Source: an uncultured delta proteobacterium
GTDB taxonomy: Bacteria; Myxococcota_A; Polyangia; Polyangiales; Polyangiaceae
Direction of reading: 5' to 3'
Length of the DNA: 64,000 nucleotides
Assembly: GCA_963782055.1 (NCBI GenBank)
Contig: CAWAIF010000003.1
Span: 6,400,001 to 6,464,000 of the forward strand
Shown: positions 8,893-18,646 of the stretch, piece after piece
Layout: every line of letters begins with the position of its first letter
Numbering within the stretch: position 1 is the stretch's first letter
The notes under the pieces: model-generated
What the model was told of the DNA's origin: nothing
The model's database searches: none
The model's input: only the letters and a program-made list of their open reading frames with translations
Position numbers and translations under genes: made by a program

Positions 8893-10653
8893 ATGCGCAA
8901 GGCGCCCATCCTCTTCTTGCTCCTCGCCGCCGCGTGCGGCCCCGCCGCCGACTCGCAGCCACCCGTCGCGCCGCCCGCACCGACCACCCCGGTCGCGAGC
9001 GCCACGGCGACAGCCAGGCCCGCGGCGCCCGCGAAGCCCGCGCCGGTCGTCGTCGCGATCATCGTCGACCAGCTCGGCGCCTGGGTCGCCGACGAGCGCC
9101 TGCCGAAGCTCCCCGACACCGGCGGCTTCGCCCGCCTGCGCCGCGAGGGCACCTGGGTCCGCGACATGCACTACGCCCACGCCGTCACCGACACCGCGCC
9201 CGGACACTCCGCGCTCTACACCGGCGTGCCCCCGCGCCGCTCCGGCATCTACGGCAACGAGGCGGTGGATCCCAAATCGCGCGAGCGCGTGTCCATCCTG
9301 CACGACCCGTCGAGCAGGACGCTCCTGTCCGACGGCGCGCACGGGGGCGCGAGCTCCTCCCTCGCCATCCTGCAGGTGCCCACCGTCGCGGACCGCTTCC
9401 GCGCCGCGCACCCCGACGCCGACATCGTCAGCCTCTCCCTCAAGGACCGCGGCGCCCTCTTCGCCGGGGGGCGGCACCCGAGCGCGAGCCTCTGGTACTC
9501 CTCCGGCAAGGACGCCTTCGTCACCTCCACCGCCGTCGCCGGCGCCTACCCCGCGTGGGCCGCCCGCGCGCAGGCCGGCGGCGTGGTGACGCACCTGCGC
9601 GACGCCCCGTGGACACTCGGCGACGCGCGATCGTGGGTGGCGGAGAACGCGCGGCAGGTGGACGCGCAGCCCGGCGAGGGCGACATCGACGGCTTCGGTA
9701 TCACGTTCCCTCACGCCTTCTCCGCCTCGAAGAACCCCAGGTTCGCGATGAAGGCGAGCCCCCGCGGCGACGCGGCGGTGCTCATGCTCGCGCGCGCCGC
9801 GCTCGCCGCGCACAATCTCTCCCACCCCATGCTCCTCGCCCTCTCCCTCTCCTCCAACGACTACGTCGGCCACGTCTTCGGGCCGGACTCGTGGGAGGCA
9901 TGGGACTTCCTGCGCACCCTCGACGCCGCCCTCGGCAGCTTCTTCGACGCGCTGGACGCGCGCGTCGGCAAGGACGGCTGGTCGCTGGTGCTCACCGGCG
10001 ATCACGGCTCCCCCACCCTGCCGGAGCTCTTGGACGCGAAGCGCCCCTGGTGCAAGAAGGGCGCGCCGGCGGACCCGTGGGAGCGCCCGTGCGGCAAGGC
10101 GGAGCGCCTCTACCAGGACAAGCTGGCGAAGGAGACGCAGGCGGCGGCGGTCCGCGCGGTGGGCAAGGGCGACTGGATCCGCGGCGTGGCCGATCCATAT
10201 GTATTCTACACGGATGCCGCCGTCGCCCTGCCGGCGGCGAAGAAGGCGAAGCTCGGGGCGGCGGTGATCGCCACCCTCGACCGCCACTTCGGCGTCGACA
10301 AGGTGATCCCCTGGAGCGGCGAGGCGTGCCCGGCGCAGAGCGACGAGTCGCGTGACGCGCTGGTCTGCCGCGCGCTGCCGCCGAAGGACAACCACGGCCT
10401 GTTCGTGCTGCAGAAGCGGGGGTCCTTCTTCGATCCGGACTACGTCGTGGGCAAGGGCATCTCCCACGGGAGCACCTACCCGTTCGATCGATCGGTGCCG
10501 CTGCTGGTGCGCGCGCCCGGCCGGGCGAAGGCGGGGGACCGCGAGACCGGCCCGGTGAGCTTCGCCAGCTTCACCCGGACCCTCTCCTCGCTGCTCGGAG
10601 TGGCCCCGCCGCCCGGGTGCTTCGACGGCAAGGATTTCGCTCCGCGACATTAA
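8893..10653 (+). CDS. Alkaline phosphatase superfamily lipoprotein (PafA/nucleotide pyrophosphatase type)
   Basis: Lipobox AAAC; IVDQ, TDTAPGHS (Thr nucleophile), SLKDRGA, DYVGH, TGDHG and HGS metal-ligand motifs. Confidence 0.9.
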   Translation: MRKAPILFLLLAAACGPAADSQPPVAPPAPTTPVASATATARPAAPAKPAPVVVAIIVDQLGAWVADERLPKLPDTGGFARLRREGTWVRDMHYAHAVTDTAPGHSALYTGVPPRRSGIYGNEAVDPKSRERVSILHDPSSRTLLSDGAHGGASSSLAILQVPTVADRFRAAHPDADIVSLSLKDRGALFAGGRHPSASLWYSSGKDAFVTSTAVAGAYPAWAARAQAGGVVTHLRDAPWTLGDARSWVAENARQVDAQPGEGDIDGFGITFPHAFSASKNPRFAMKASPRGDAAVLMLARAALAAHNLSHPMLLALSLSSNDYVGHVFGPDSWEAWDFLRTLDAALGSFFDALDARVGKDGWSLVLTGDHGSPTLPELLDAKRPWCKKGAPADPWERPCGKAERLYQDKLAKETQAAAVRAVGKGDWIRGVADPYVFYTDAAVALPAAKKAKLGAAVIATLDRHFGVDKVIPWSGEACPAQSDESRDALVCRALPPKDNHGLFVLQKRGSFFDPDYVVGKGISHGSTYPFDRSVPLLVRAPGRAKAGDRETGPVSFASFTRTLSSLLGVAPPPGCFDGKDFAPRH

Positions 10654-10699
10654 CAATGTGGAGCGTCCGTGGGGTGACGGGCCTGCGCTATAGTCTGCG

Positions 10700-11986
10700 G
10701 TGATGAAGACGATCTTTGCTTTCTCCTTGTTCGCCGGCGCGGTGCTCCTCGCCGCCTGCGGGCGGACCGACCTGGGCGCCGAGGACATGATCCCCGAGGA
10801 CGGCGGCGCCGACGTCACCGGCGACGCGTGCCCGCCGACCCAGACCGAGTGCGGCGGCGCCTGCATCGACGTCTCCAGCGACCCCGCCAACTGCGGCGGC
10901 TGCAACATCTCCTGCGCGTCCACGCAGACGTGCACCGGCGGCCAGTGCCTCACCAAGCAGTGCCCCGCGGGCAAGACGCTGTGCGGCGACACCTGCGTCG
11001 ACGTGACCACCGACGGGAAGAACTGCGGCGCCTGCGGCACCGCGTGCCCCGACACCGAGGTGTGCCTCTTCGGCTCGTGCGCGCTCACCTGCGACGTCGG
11101 CCTGGCCAAGTGCAACGGCGGCTGCGTCGACCTGCTCAAGGATCACGACAACTGCGGCGGCTGCGGCAAGACGTGCGCCGTCGACGAGACCTGCGCCAGC
11201 GGCCTGTGCTGCGGCGCGGGGGAGTCCAACTGCAGCGGCGTCTGCGCCGACACGCAGAACGATCCGCAGCACTGCGGCACCTGCACCACCAAGTGCGGCC
11301 AGGGGGAGAGCTGCAACGGCGGGCAGTGCGGGAGCTGCAGCAAGACGGTGCTGGTGCTGTCCGACAGCGACGCCAGCGCCAACGCCGCGCTGAAGACGGC
11401 GCTCACCAACGCCGGCTTCACGCCGACCCTGATCGCCGGCGGCGTGGTCACCTACGCGGGCAACCCCGCGCCCAGCGGCTTCGGCGCGGTGCTCGTCAGC
11501 AACGGCGAGCAGTGGAACCAGGACATGAACGCCTCGGGGCAGACGGCGATCGTCAACGCGCAGCAGGCGGGCGACACCGGCGTGGTCTTCACCGAGTGGG
11601 CGGCGTGGATGCCGACGATCAACCTCTGGAAGACCCTCCGGCAGCTCGTGCTCCTGCAGCACGACTCGGGCGTCGACTCGACGCTCACCTTCGACCTGAA
11701 GGTGAACAACCACCCCATCTGGAAGGGGCTGCCGACGACCTTCACCACCGTCAACAAGATGGGGGCCAACGTCGGCGCCACGCTGCTGCACAACGCCACC
11801 GAGATCGCCGGCTGCAGCGAGTGCAAGGGCCCCGGCGTCGCGGTGCTGGACGAGCAGGGCAAGGGGCGCATCGTGCACATCGCCCACGCGGCGAGCTACC
11901 AGGGCGGCGGCAAGGCTTGGTCCAACGACACCAACACGACGACCATGCTCACCAACGCGGTGGGCTGGGCGGCGAAGTGTCTCTGA
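10700..11986 (+). CDS. Lipoprotein with myxobacterial Cys-rich repeats (DxxNCGxCGxxC) and a C-terminal alpha/beta domain
   Basis: Lipobox LAAC; four repeats (DPANCGGC, DGKNCGAC, DHDNCGGC, DPQHCGTC). Start GTG 10700 or ATG 10703. Confidence 0.85.
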   Translation: MMKTIFAFSLFAGAVLLAACGRTDLGAEDMIPEDGGADVTGDACPPTQTECGGACIDVSSDPANCGGCNISCASTQTCTGGQCLTKQCPAGKTLCGDTCVDVTTDGKNCGACGTACPDTEVCLFGSCALTCDVGLAKCNGGCVDLLKDHDNCGGCGKTCAVDETCASGLCCGAGESNCSGVCADTQNDPQHCGTCTTKCGQGESCNGGQCGSCSKTVLVLSDSDASANAALKTALTNAGFTPTLIAGGVVTYAGNPAPSGFGAVLVSNGEQWNQDMNASGQTAIVNAQQAGDTGVVFTEWAAWMPTINLWKTLRQLVLLQHDSGVDSTLTFDLKVNNHPIWKGLPTTFTTVNKMGANVGATLLHNATEIAGCSECKGPGVAVLDEQGKGRIVHIAHAASYQGGGKAWSNDTNTTTMLTNAVGWAAKCL

Positions 11987-12036
11987 GGGGTTCCGGCGGC
12001 CACCTTCCTTGGTACGCTGAGCGCTGGAGGCTGCCC

Positions 12037-13713
12037 ATGCGACTCGTCCCCCCTGCGATCCTCCTCTGCCTGCTCGTGGCGTGCGGCGGCGACGACTCGT
12101 CGTCGGCCAACCCGGACGGCGGCGGCACCGACGGCGGCAGCGGGTCCGACGGCCAGAGCGCGGCGGACACCGGCGGCGGCGACGGCTACGTCCCCCCGGC
12201 CGCGCCCACCTGCACCCCGCCGGAGACGGCGCCGGACACCAGCAACCCGACGACCGTCGTGGGCACCGGCCCGGGCACCTGCACCGAGGCCGCGCTCGTC
12301 GCGGCGGTGGCCAAGGCGGGCGTCATCACCTTCGACTGCGGGGACGCCGCCACGATCACCGTCACCAAGCCGCTGATGCTCCGCACCGACACCGACACCG
12401 TCATCGACGGCGGCGGCAAGGTGACCATCGACGGCGGCGGCAAGACGCAGATCATGAACTTCAACCACCCCAACTACCGGGTGAACGACGTCCGCCTCAC
12501 CCTGATGAACCTGACGCTCGCGCACGGCAAGATCAGTGGCACCAAGAAGTACGCCACCGCCCCGGCCCCCTGCTCGACGGGCTACTACGACGGCTACGGC
12601 GGCGCCCTGTTCGTGCGCGACGGCGTGGTGCTCATCATCGACACCGTCTTCGACTCCAACGGCGCCGAGCAGCTCGGGCCGGATGTGGGCGGCGGCGCCG
12701 TCTCCCTTCAGGGCGTGAAGAAGGCGACGATCATCGGCAGCACCTTCAAGAACGGCACCGCCAGCAACGGCGGGGGCATCGAGTCGCTCAACTCCGACTT
12801 CGACGTCTACAACTCCGTCTTCGCCAACAACACCGCGACGGGAAACGGCGCCAACAGCGACGACGCGAACAAGTGCCCGGTCGTCGCCGACAACGGGCAA
12901 CACCAGGTCGGCTCCGGCGGCAACGGCGGCGCCGTGGCCATCGACGGCGGCTCCGACCTCACCCACACCTTCTGCGGGGTCACCTTCACCGGCAACAAGG
13001 CCGGGTCGGGCGCGCTCGCCGGCGCCATCGGCCGCACGCCGGACAAGGCGAAGCAGAAGACGGTGATCGACCGCTGCCTCTTCGACGCCAACACCGACCC
13101 CGACGGCGGCGGCGGCGCGCTCTACTTCCACAACTCCGACCTGCAGATCCTGGCGACCACCTTCCACGCCAACACCGCCAAGGGCTGCGGCGCGATCCAG
13201 GCGGACGGGACCACCATCGACTTTTCCAACGACACCTTCGAGGGCAACCAGGCCACCGGTTCGGGCGCCGTCGGCGGCGGGATGTGCCTCTTCGGCGGCG
13301 ACGGCACGATGAAGAACGTCACCTTCGCCAACGGCAAGGCCGACGGCTTCGGCGCCGCCATCTTCGGCAACCCCACCCTCACCGTCGACAACACCCTCTT
13401 CTCCAACAACACCGCGAACAACCCCGGCGCGCCGATGCAGTGCCAGATGACCGCGACGGGCGCCGGCAACCTGCAGTTCCCCAAGAACCACCAGAACGGC
13501 GGCGCGGCGGACGCGACGTGCGTCACCGGCATCACCATCGCCGACCCGATGCTCGCCGCCATCGGCCCGAACGGCGGCCCCACCCCGACGATGCTCCCCA
13601 AGGCGGGCAGCCCCGCGCTCGGCCTCGGCAAGGCCTGCCCGGCGACCGACCAGCGCGGCACCGCGCGCCCGGCGGACGGCTGCACCTCCGGCGCGGTGGA
13701 GGGGACGAAGTAG
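12037..13713 (+). CDS. Right-handed beta-helix lipoprotein (Pmp-like GGA/FxxN repeats, choice-of-anchor-Q-like tail)
   Basis: GGAGG SD; lipobox LVAC; repeated GGAL/GGAV and FxxNxA; tail NGGPTPTM..GSPAL..DQRG..GAVE. Confidence 0.88.
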   Translation: MRLVPPAILLCLLVACGGDDSSSANPDGGGTDGGSGSDGQSAADTGGGDGYVPPAAPTCTPPETAPDTSNPTTVVGTGPGTCTEAALVAAVAKAGVITFDCGDAATITVTKPLMLRTDTDTVIDGGGKVTIDGGGKTQIMNFNHPNYRVNDVRLTLMNLTLAHGKISGTKKYATAPAPCSTGYYDGYGGALFVRDGVVLIIDTVFDSNGAEQLGPDVGGGAVSLQGVKKATIIGSTFKNGTASNGGGIESLNSDFDVYNSVFANNTATGNGANSDDANKCPVVADNGQHQVGSGGNGGAVAIDGGSDLTHTFCGVTFTGNKAGSGALAGAIGRTPDKAKQKTVIDRCLFDANTDPDGGGGALYFHNSDLQILATTFHANTAKGCGAIQADGTTIDFSNDTFEGNQATGSGAVGGGMCLFGGDGTMKNVTFANGKADGFGAAIFGNPTLTVDNTLFSNNTANNPGAPMQCQMTATGAGNLQFPKNHQNGGAADATCVTGITIADPMLAAIGPNGGPTPTMLPKAGSPALGLGKACPATDQRGTARPADGCTSGAVEGTK

Positions 13714-13729
13714 CGCGCGCCGCCCGGCT

Positions 13730-15577
13730 TCAGGCGCGGCCGAGGAGCTCGACGACCAGCTCGCTCGGCAGCGGTGGACTGAACCGCCCCTGGCGGCCGC
13801 TCATCCCCCGCGAGCAGAAGATGGCGTTGAGCACCGACTCCTCCGTCGCCTCGATGACGGCCTCGTAGAGATCGTTGACGTAGGCGTCGGAGAGGAAGCT
13901 CACGCTGAGGTACTTGCTCGGCCGCTCCTGCGTCCGAGGCAGGCGGTTGGCCGTGCTGAAGGCGACGATGATCTCGCCGCTCGTCGACGCGGCGATGGAC
14001 CCGGCGCGCCCCAAGCCGAGGGCCGCGCGCTTGGAGAGGCGCCCGAGCTGGCTGGAGACGAGCGGCGCGTCGGTCCCCACCACCACGATGATGGAGCCGT
14101 AGCTCTTGGTGCGCCGCTCCATCTCGTAGAGCGGGTCGAGCTGCCGCCCGATCACCGCCCCCGCCACGTTCAGGCTGGCCATGCGTCCGAAGTTGGAGAG
14201 CACCAGCACGCCCAGGGTGAAGGTGCTCTCCCCGATGGGCACGATGCGCGAGGAGGTGCCGATGCCCCCCGCGAAGTCGAAGGTGGTCATGCCGGTGCCC
14301 GCGCCGACCGAGCCCTGCTCCACGCGCCCGCCCTTCGCCGCCTCGATCGCGCGGACGGCGTCGGTCGAGGGGCTCGTCCCGACGCGCACGTCGTTCAGGA
14401 AGGAGTCGTCGGTCTCGCCCACGACCGGGAGCACGACGTCGGTGCGCGTGCCGAGCTCGGGGTGCCTCTTGGTCATGTGCTCGATCACCCCGTGGTGGAC
14501 GCGACCGACGGAGTGCGAGTTGGTGAGCAGGATGGGGGTCTCCAGCCACCCCCACTCCATGAGCTGCGTCAGGCCGGCCATCTCCCCGATGCCGTTCAGG
14601 ACGAAGCCGCCGGCGACGAGGCGTCGCTTGAAGACGTCCCCGCCGGACGGCAGGACCGCCGTCACCCCGGTGCGCACGGCCGTCGTGCCCTCCTCGCCGG
14701 GCACCTTCACGTCGTCGCGGATGGTCGTGACGTGCCCGACGCGCACCCCCTTCAGGTCGGTGATGGCGTTGAACTGGCCCGGCGAGAAGCGGCCGATGCG
14801 GATGCCCAGCTCCCGCGCCGTCGGACGGTCGGGGCCGGTGCTCTCGCGCGCGGCGATGTCCACCCGCCGCGGGGTCCGCACCGCCAGGTCGTGACGGCGC
14901 GCGGCCGAGCGCACGACGAGGCGCAGCACGTCGTGCTCGTCCAGCCCTGCCGCGGCCGCCGCCGTCATCAGCGGACCGTGCGCGCGCAGGCTCGGCAGCG
15001 GGTCCAGCGCGACGAAGCGCGGGGTGCCGTGATCATCCAGCCGCAGCTCCACGACGCCGACATCCCGGCAGCTCGCCGCCTCGAAGGCCTTCTTCGCCAG
15101 CGCCCGAACGGCCTCGCGCTGCTCGGGCGTGAGCTTCGCCGCGGCGCGGCCCTCCACCGCCTCCACCACCTTGCCCGGCAGGGCCTCGAGCAGCGGCACG
15201 GTGAGGGCGCGGCCCCGGCCGCCGGCGGCGACGGCGACGCCCTGCGCCGCGAGCACGGTCTGGGCGAGCTTCCGGTCCAGGTTCATGTCCAGGAGCGCCG
15301 CCCCGCTGCCGGTGTACGGGAGGCGGAGCTGCTCGAAGAGGGCGGCGTAAGAGACCTGCCCCGCCTTGCCGATCCGGCCGCGCGCCAGGTTGAGCACCAG
15401 CGCGGGCGCGCTCTCGACCAGCCGCGCGACGATGGTGGCGGGCGTGCCGGAGACCTCCACCGGGGTGACGCGATGATGGAGCTCGACCAGGAGGGCGCAG
15501 ACGCGATCGACGTCCTCCTGACGGAGGCGCTCCCCCTCGCCGGGAGACCCGAGATGGTAGGCGACAGCGATCTTCAT
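13730..15577 (-). CDS. Fusion of a degenerate D-Ala-D-Ala-ligase-like domain and a DmpA/P1 (S58) aminopeptidase
   Basis: N-terminus LPYTGSG..CRDVG..LPSL is Ddl-like; C-terminus NAITDLKGVRVGH, RTGVTA, GSVGAGTGM, GGIGTSSR, SNFG, YGSIIVVVGTDAP is DmpA-like. Confidence 0.88.
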   Translation of the reverse strand: MKIAVAYHLGSPGEGERLRQEDVDRVCALLVELHHRVTPVEVSGTPATIVARLVESAPALVLNLARGRIGKAGQVSYAALFEQLRLPYTGSGAALLDMNLDRKLAQTVLAAQGVAVAAGGRGRALTVPLLEALPGKVVEAVEGRAAAKLTPEQREAVRALAKKAFEAASCRDVGVVELRLDDHGTPRFVALDPLPSLRAHGPLMTAAAAAGLDEHDVLRLVVRSAARRHDLAVRTPRRVDIAARESTGPDRPTARELGIRIGRFSPGQFNAITDLKGVRVGHVTTIRDDVKVPGEEGTTAVRTGVTAVLPSGGDVFKRRLVAGGFVLNGIGEMAGLTQLMEWGWLETPILLTNSHSVGRVHHGVIEHMTKRHPELGTRTDVVLPVVGETDDSFLNDVRVGTSPSTDAVRAIEAAKGGRVEQGSVGAGTGMTTFDFAGGIGTSSRIVPIGESTFTLGVLVLSNFGRMASLNVAGAVIGRQLDPLYEMERRTKSYGSIIVVVGTDAPLVSSQLGRLSKRAALGLGRAGSIAASTSGEIIVAFSTANRLPRTQERPSKYLSVSFLSDAYVNDLYEAVIEATEESVLNAIFCSRGMSGRQGRFSPPLPSELVVELLGRA

Positions 15578-15601
15578 TCGTCGGATGCCTCGCGCGGGTG
15601 T

Positions 15602-16360
15602 CTACTCGGCGACCTTGCGCCCCGGGACCGGCGGCTTCAGGAGCACGACCGCGTGCTTCGCGCGGATGCCGGGGCCCGCGTCGCCGGCCCCCGCGGCGAC
15701 TGTCGCCAGGTCGAACGCGAGCCCCCACTTCACGCTGGCGTCGGCAGCAAGGTACCACACGTTGGAGTCGCACCTCGCCGCGAGCTTGCGTAGCCCCTCG
15801 GTGCCCAGCGTCAGGTCGGGGCCGGCCATGCCGTGGCTGAAGCGCACCGCCGTGCCGCCACCCGCCGACCACACCAGGATGGCGCTGTCCTTGCCGATCA
15901 TCGCCACCGCGCTGCACGCCGACGCCGCGGGGTGATCGAAGTCCACCTCGAGCTCGCCCAGCGTCTGGTCGCGCCGGGCGGTCTTCACCCGCGCCCCCTT
16001 CGCCTTCGCCGCCTTGATGCCGCCGATGGCCGCGGCGACGTTGGCCATGGTGGCGTCGCGCAGGGCATCCAGCTCGAGCACCTCGCCCTCCACCTTGGGC
16101 CTGGTGGCGAGGAGCGCGGCGAGTCGCCCCGAAGCGTCCCCGGCCGAGAGGTCGACCTTGTCCCCGGTCACCATCACGGCCTTGCTGTCGACGGTCACCA
16201 GCGGGGGCGTCGGCGCGGGAGGCGGCGTGGCTGTCTGCGGTGGGGGCGCGGCCGCCTCAGGCGTGGAGGGGGCCTCCTTCTTCTCGTCGCACGCGGCGAG
16301 AAGGCCACAGAAAAGGAGGAGCGGCACGGTCGAGCGCCTGGCAGAGTCGCGGCAGGTCAT
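15602..16360 (-). CDS. Lipoprotein with probable tandem ExbD/TolR-like periplasmic domains
   Basis: Lipobox LAAC; Pro-rich linker; VLELDALRDATMANVAAAI and VWYLAADASVKWGLAFDL resemble the ExbD 'i.aD..v.y..v..v' strand-helix. Confidence 0.65.
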   Translation of the reverse strand: MTCRDSARRSTVPLLLFCGLLAACDEKKEAPSTPEAAAPPPQTATPPPAPTPPLVTVDSKAVMVTGDKVDLSAGDASGRLAALLATRPKVEGEVLELDALRDATMANVAAAIGGIKAAKAKGARVKTARRDQTLGELEVDFDHPAASACSAVAMIGKDSAILVWSAGGGTAVRFSHGMAGPDLTLGTEGLRKLAARCDSNVWYLAADASVKWGLAFDLATVAAGAGDAGPGIRAKHAVVLLKPPVPGRKVAE

Positions 16361-16462
16361 GGGGAAACCTTCGCAAGACTAGCCAAAAGCCGGGCGCGGG
16401 CTCGCCAAAATCCGCTACCCTGGTCGCTCGAGCTTGTCGTCACGCCGTATTGCTCGTCACCC

Positions 16463-17842
16463 ATGACCGAGCCTCCCGCCTTGCAGGATTCCCCAGCGCT
16501 CGAGGGTTCGCTCGTCGCCGGGAAGTACCGCGTGCTGCGATTGATCGGCACGGGGGGTATGGGCACGGTCTGGGAAGGCGCCCACGAGGCGCTCGGCACC
16601 AAGGTCGCCATCAAGTTCATCAAGCCGGCGCACGCGCAGGCGGCCGACGCCCGCCGCCGCTTCGAGATCGAGGCGCGCGCCGCGGCCAAGCTCCAGTCCA
16701 AGCACGCGGTGCACGTCTTCGACTACGGCGTGAACGACGCCGGCCTGCCGTACATCGTCATGGAGTACCTGGAGGGCGAGTCGCTCTCCGAGACCATCAT
16801 CCGCCGCGGGGCGTTGCCCCCGCCGGAGGTGGCGAAGATCATCGGCCAGGCGGCGCGCGCCCTCGCCAAGGCGCACGGCGCGGGCATCGTCCACCGCGAT
16901 CTGAAGCCGGACAACATCTTCCTGGCGGCCAACGCCGACGAGCAGGACTCCGACCTGCCCTACACCGTCAAGCTGGTGGACTTCGGCATCGCCAAGATGC
17001 TCGACGAGAACCTCAAGTCGGACGGCGCCAACAACAGCATGGGCGGGCCCACGCAGGAGGGCGCGGTCATCGGCACGCCCAACTTCATGGCGCCGGAGCA
17101 GCTCACCGTCGGCGGCTCCCCGACCCCCATCACCGACCTCTGGTCGCTCGGCGCCTGCACCTTCGCCGCGATGACCGCCCGCATCCCCTTCGAGGGCGAG
17201 GTGCTGGGCGACATCGTGCTCAAGGTGTGCGCCGCGCCCCTGCCGGTGCCCTCCAAGTACAACCCGAACGTGCCGCCGGGGTTCGACGCGTGGTTCGCGC
17301 GGGCGTGCAGCCGCAATCCGCTCAAGCGCTTCCAGTCGGCGGACGAGCTCTCGGAGTCGCTCGCCAACGTGTGCGGCACCGGGCGGGTGCGCGTGGCCAC
17401 GCTGAGCGAGGATCAGGTGCAGTACGCCCTCAAGCCGGCGGACCCCGACCTCGCCGCGCTGGCGGACGAGATCGAGATCCCCCGGGGCATGTCCCCGCGG
17501 ACCGCCCTGCTCGCCGGGCTGGTGCTCGGCGTGACGATGGTCATCGGGATCATCGGGGCGATCGCCTGGCGCGACAAGCAGCGCGCCGAGGACCAGATGA
17601 ACGTCCCGCCCGTACCGACGGCGACCGACAGCGCGACCCCCTCGGCGACGGCCCCCGCCCCGAGCGCGAGCGCCAGCGCCTCGGCGGCCGTCCCCGACGC
17701 CGCCGCCCCCGCGCCGAAGCACGGCGCGAAGCACCACCCCCACGGCGCGGCCGCGCCGCACGCCTCCCACTCCGCTCCCGCCCCCGCCCCCTCGCCTTCG
17801 CCGGAAGACGGCGACGGGGGGGCGACGACACCGCCGGGGTGA
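16463..17842 (+). CDS. Membrane-anchored Hanks-type Ser/Thr protein kinase
   Basis: IGTGGMGTV, VAIK, HRDLKPDN, DFG, GTPNFMAPE, DLWSLG; one TM helix and a Pro/Ala-rich tail. Confidence 0.95.
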   Translation: MTEPPALQDSPALEGSLVAGKYRVLRLIGTGGMGTVWEGAHEALGTKVAIKFIKPAHAQAADARRRFEIEARAAAKLQSKHAVHVFDYGVNDAGLPYIVMEYLEGESLSETIIRRGALPPPEVAKIIGQAARALAKAHGAGIVHRDLKPDNIFLAANADEQDSDLPYTVKLVDFGIAKMLDENLKSDGANNSMGGPTQEGAVIGTPNFMAPEQLTVGGSPTPITDLWSLGACTFAAMTARIPFEGEVLGDIVLKVCAAPLPVPSKYNPNVPPGFDAWFARACSRNPLKRFQSADELSESLANVCGTGRVRVATLSEDQVQYALKPADPDLAALADEIEIPRGMSPRTALLAGLVLGVTMVIGIIGAIAWRDKQRAEDQMNVPPVPTATDSATPSATAPAPSASASASAAVPDAAAPAPKHGAKHHPHGAAAPHASHSAPAPAPSPSPEDGDGGATTPPG

Positions 17843-17898
17843 CGTCACCGCTCCAGCTCACCAAGCCGGACGCGCGGGGAAGGAGGGGCGGCGCGTGG

Positions 17899-18153
17899 CT
17901 AGGCGGCGCGCTGGCGCAGCTCGACCCGCAGCTCGTCGAAGCTGGGGGCCTGCAGGCCGCGCGCCCGGCGGAGCAGGAACAGCGCGTGGTGGACCTCCGT
18001 GTCGTCGGGCATGTCCGACGAGCCCGCGAGCACGTTGCGATCGGTCGCCAGCAGGAGGGCGGCATCGAGCTCGTCGCCGCGGGCGGCGTCGATGTAGGTG
18101 CGTGCTTCCTCGAGCGTGATCGTATCCAGGCTGCGCAGAATGAGGTTCGACAT
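17899..18153 (-). CDS. Small helical hypothetical protein (alternative in-frame TTG start at 18492)
   Basis: MSNLILRSLDTITLEEARTYIDAARGDEL..; GAAGGGG SD upstream; GC3-biased codons. Confidence 0.7.
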   Translation of the reverse strand: MSNLILRSLDTITLEEARTYIDAARGDELDAALLLATDRNVLAGSSDMPDDTEVHHALFLLRRARGLQAPSFDELRVELRQRAA

Positions 18154-18509
18154 GGTGGTGCGTCCCCTTCGCCCACGACGCGAGGCCGCGGGCTTGGCCG
18201 ACGTGAGCAGGTCACGGCGGGCAATGGCGTCGCGGCCGCACGAGGCGTCCGGGGCGCGTGTTGTGTGGTGCTGCGAGCGCCGGCCGCCCGATGGGGCGGC
18301 CGACACGGGGGCGCCCAGCGGGTCCGGCCCGCGAGGCGTCGAGAGAGGGTCCGGACGCGCGAGGGGCGCGTGGGCTGACACGATCCACGGGGCCGTCGGG
18401 CCGTCGGCCGGCCTTGGGCCGGACTTCAGGAGCGTCGCGCCGGTGCCGGCGGGCGAGAACTGCTCGAGGCGTTCCCGGTCGTCCGCGGTCAATCACCCTC
18501 CCACGCGCG

Positions 18510-18586
18510 ATGCATGTATACCGCAAACGTAATCAACTCCGTGCAAAGCACAAGTATCTGTTTGCGATCTGCACGGAATCGTCACA
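18510..18586. promoter_or_regulatory. AT-richer intergenic patch with inverted repeats, possible operator or promoter
   Basis: TCCGTGCA (18538-45) / TGCACGGA (18570-77) and CGCAAAC (18522-28) / GTTTGCG (18560-66). Confidence 0.4.
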
Positions 18587-18646
18587 CGCGGACCTACACG
18601 GTCGCCATCCACCTGGCCCAGCCGTCCCGTCCGGCTCCCGGCAGCG

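Noticed and set aside
10850..11340. Periodic DNA similarity suggesting an array
   Set aside because: Explained by Cys-rich protein repeats; not CRISPR.
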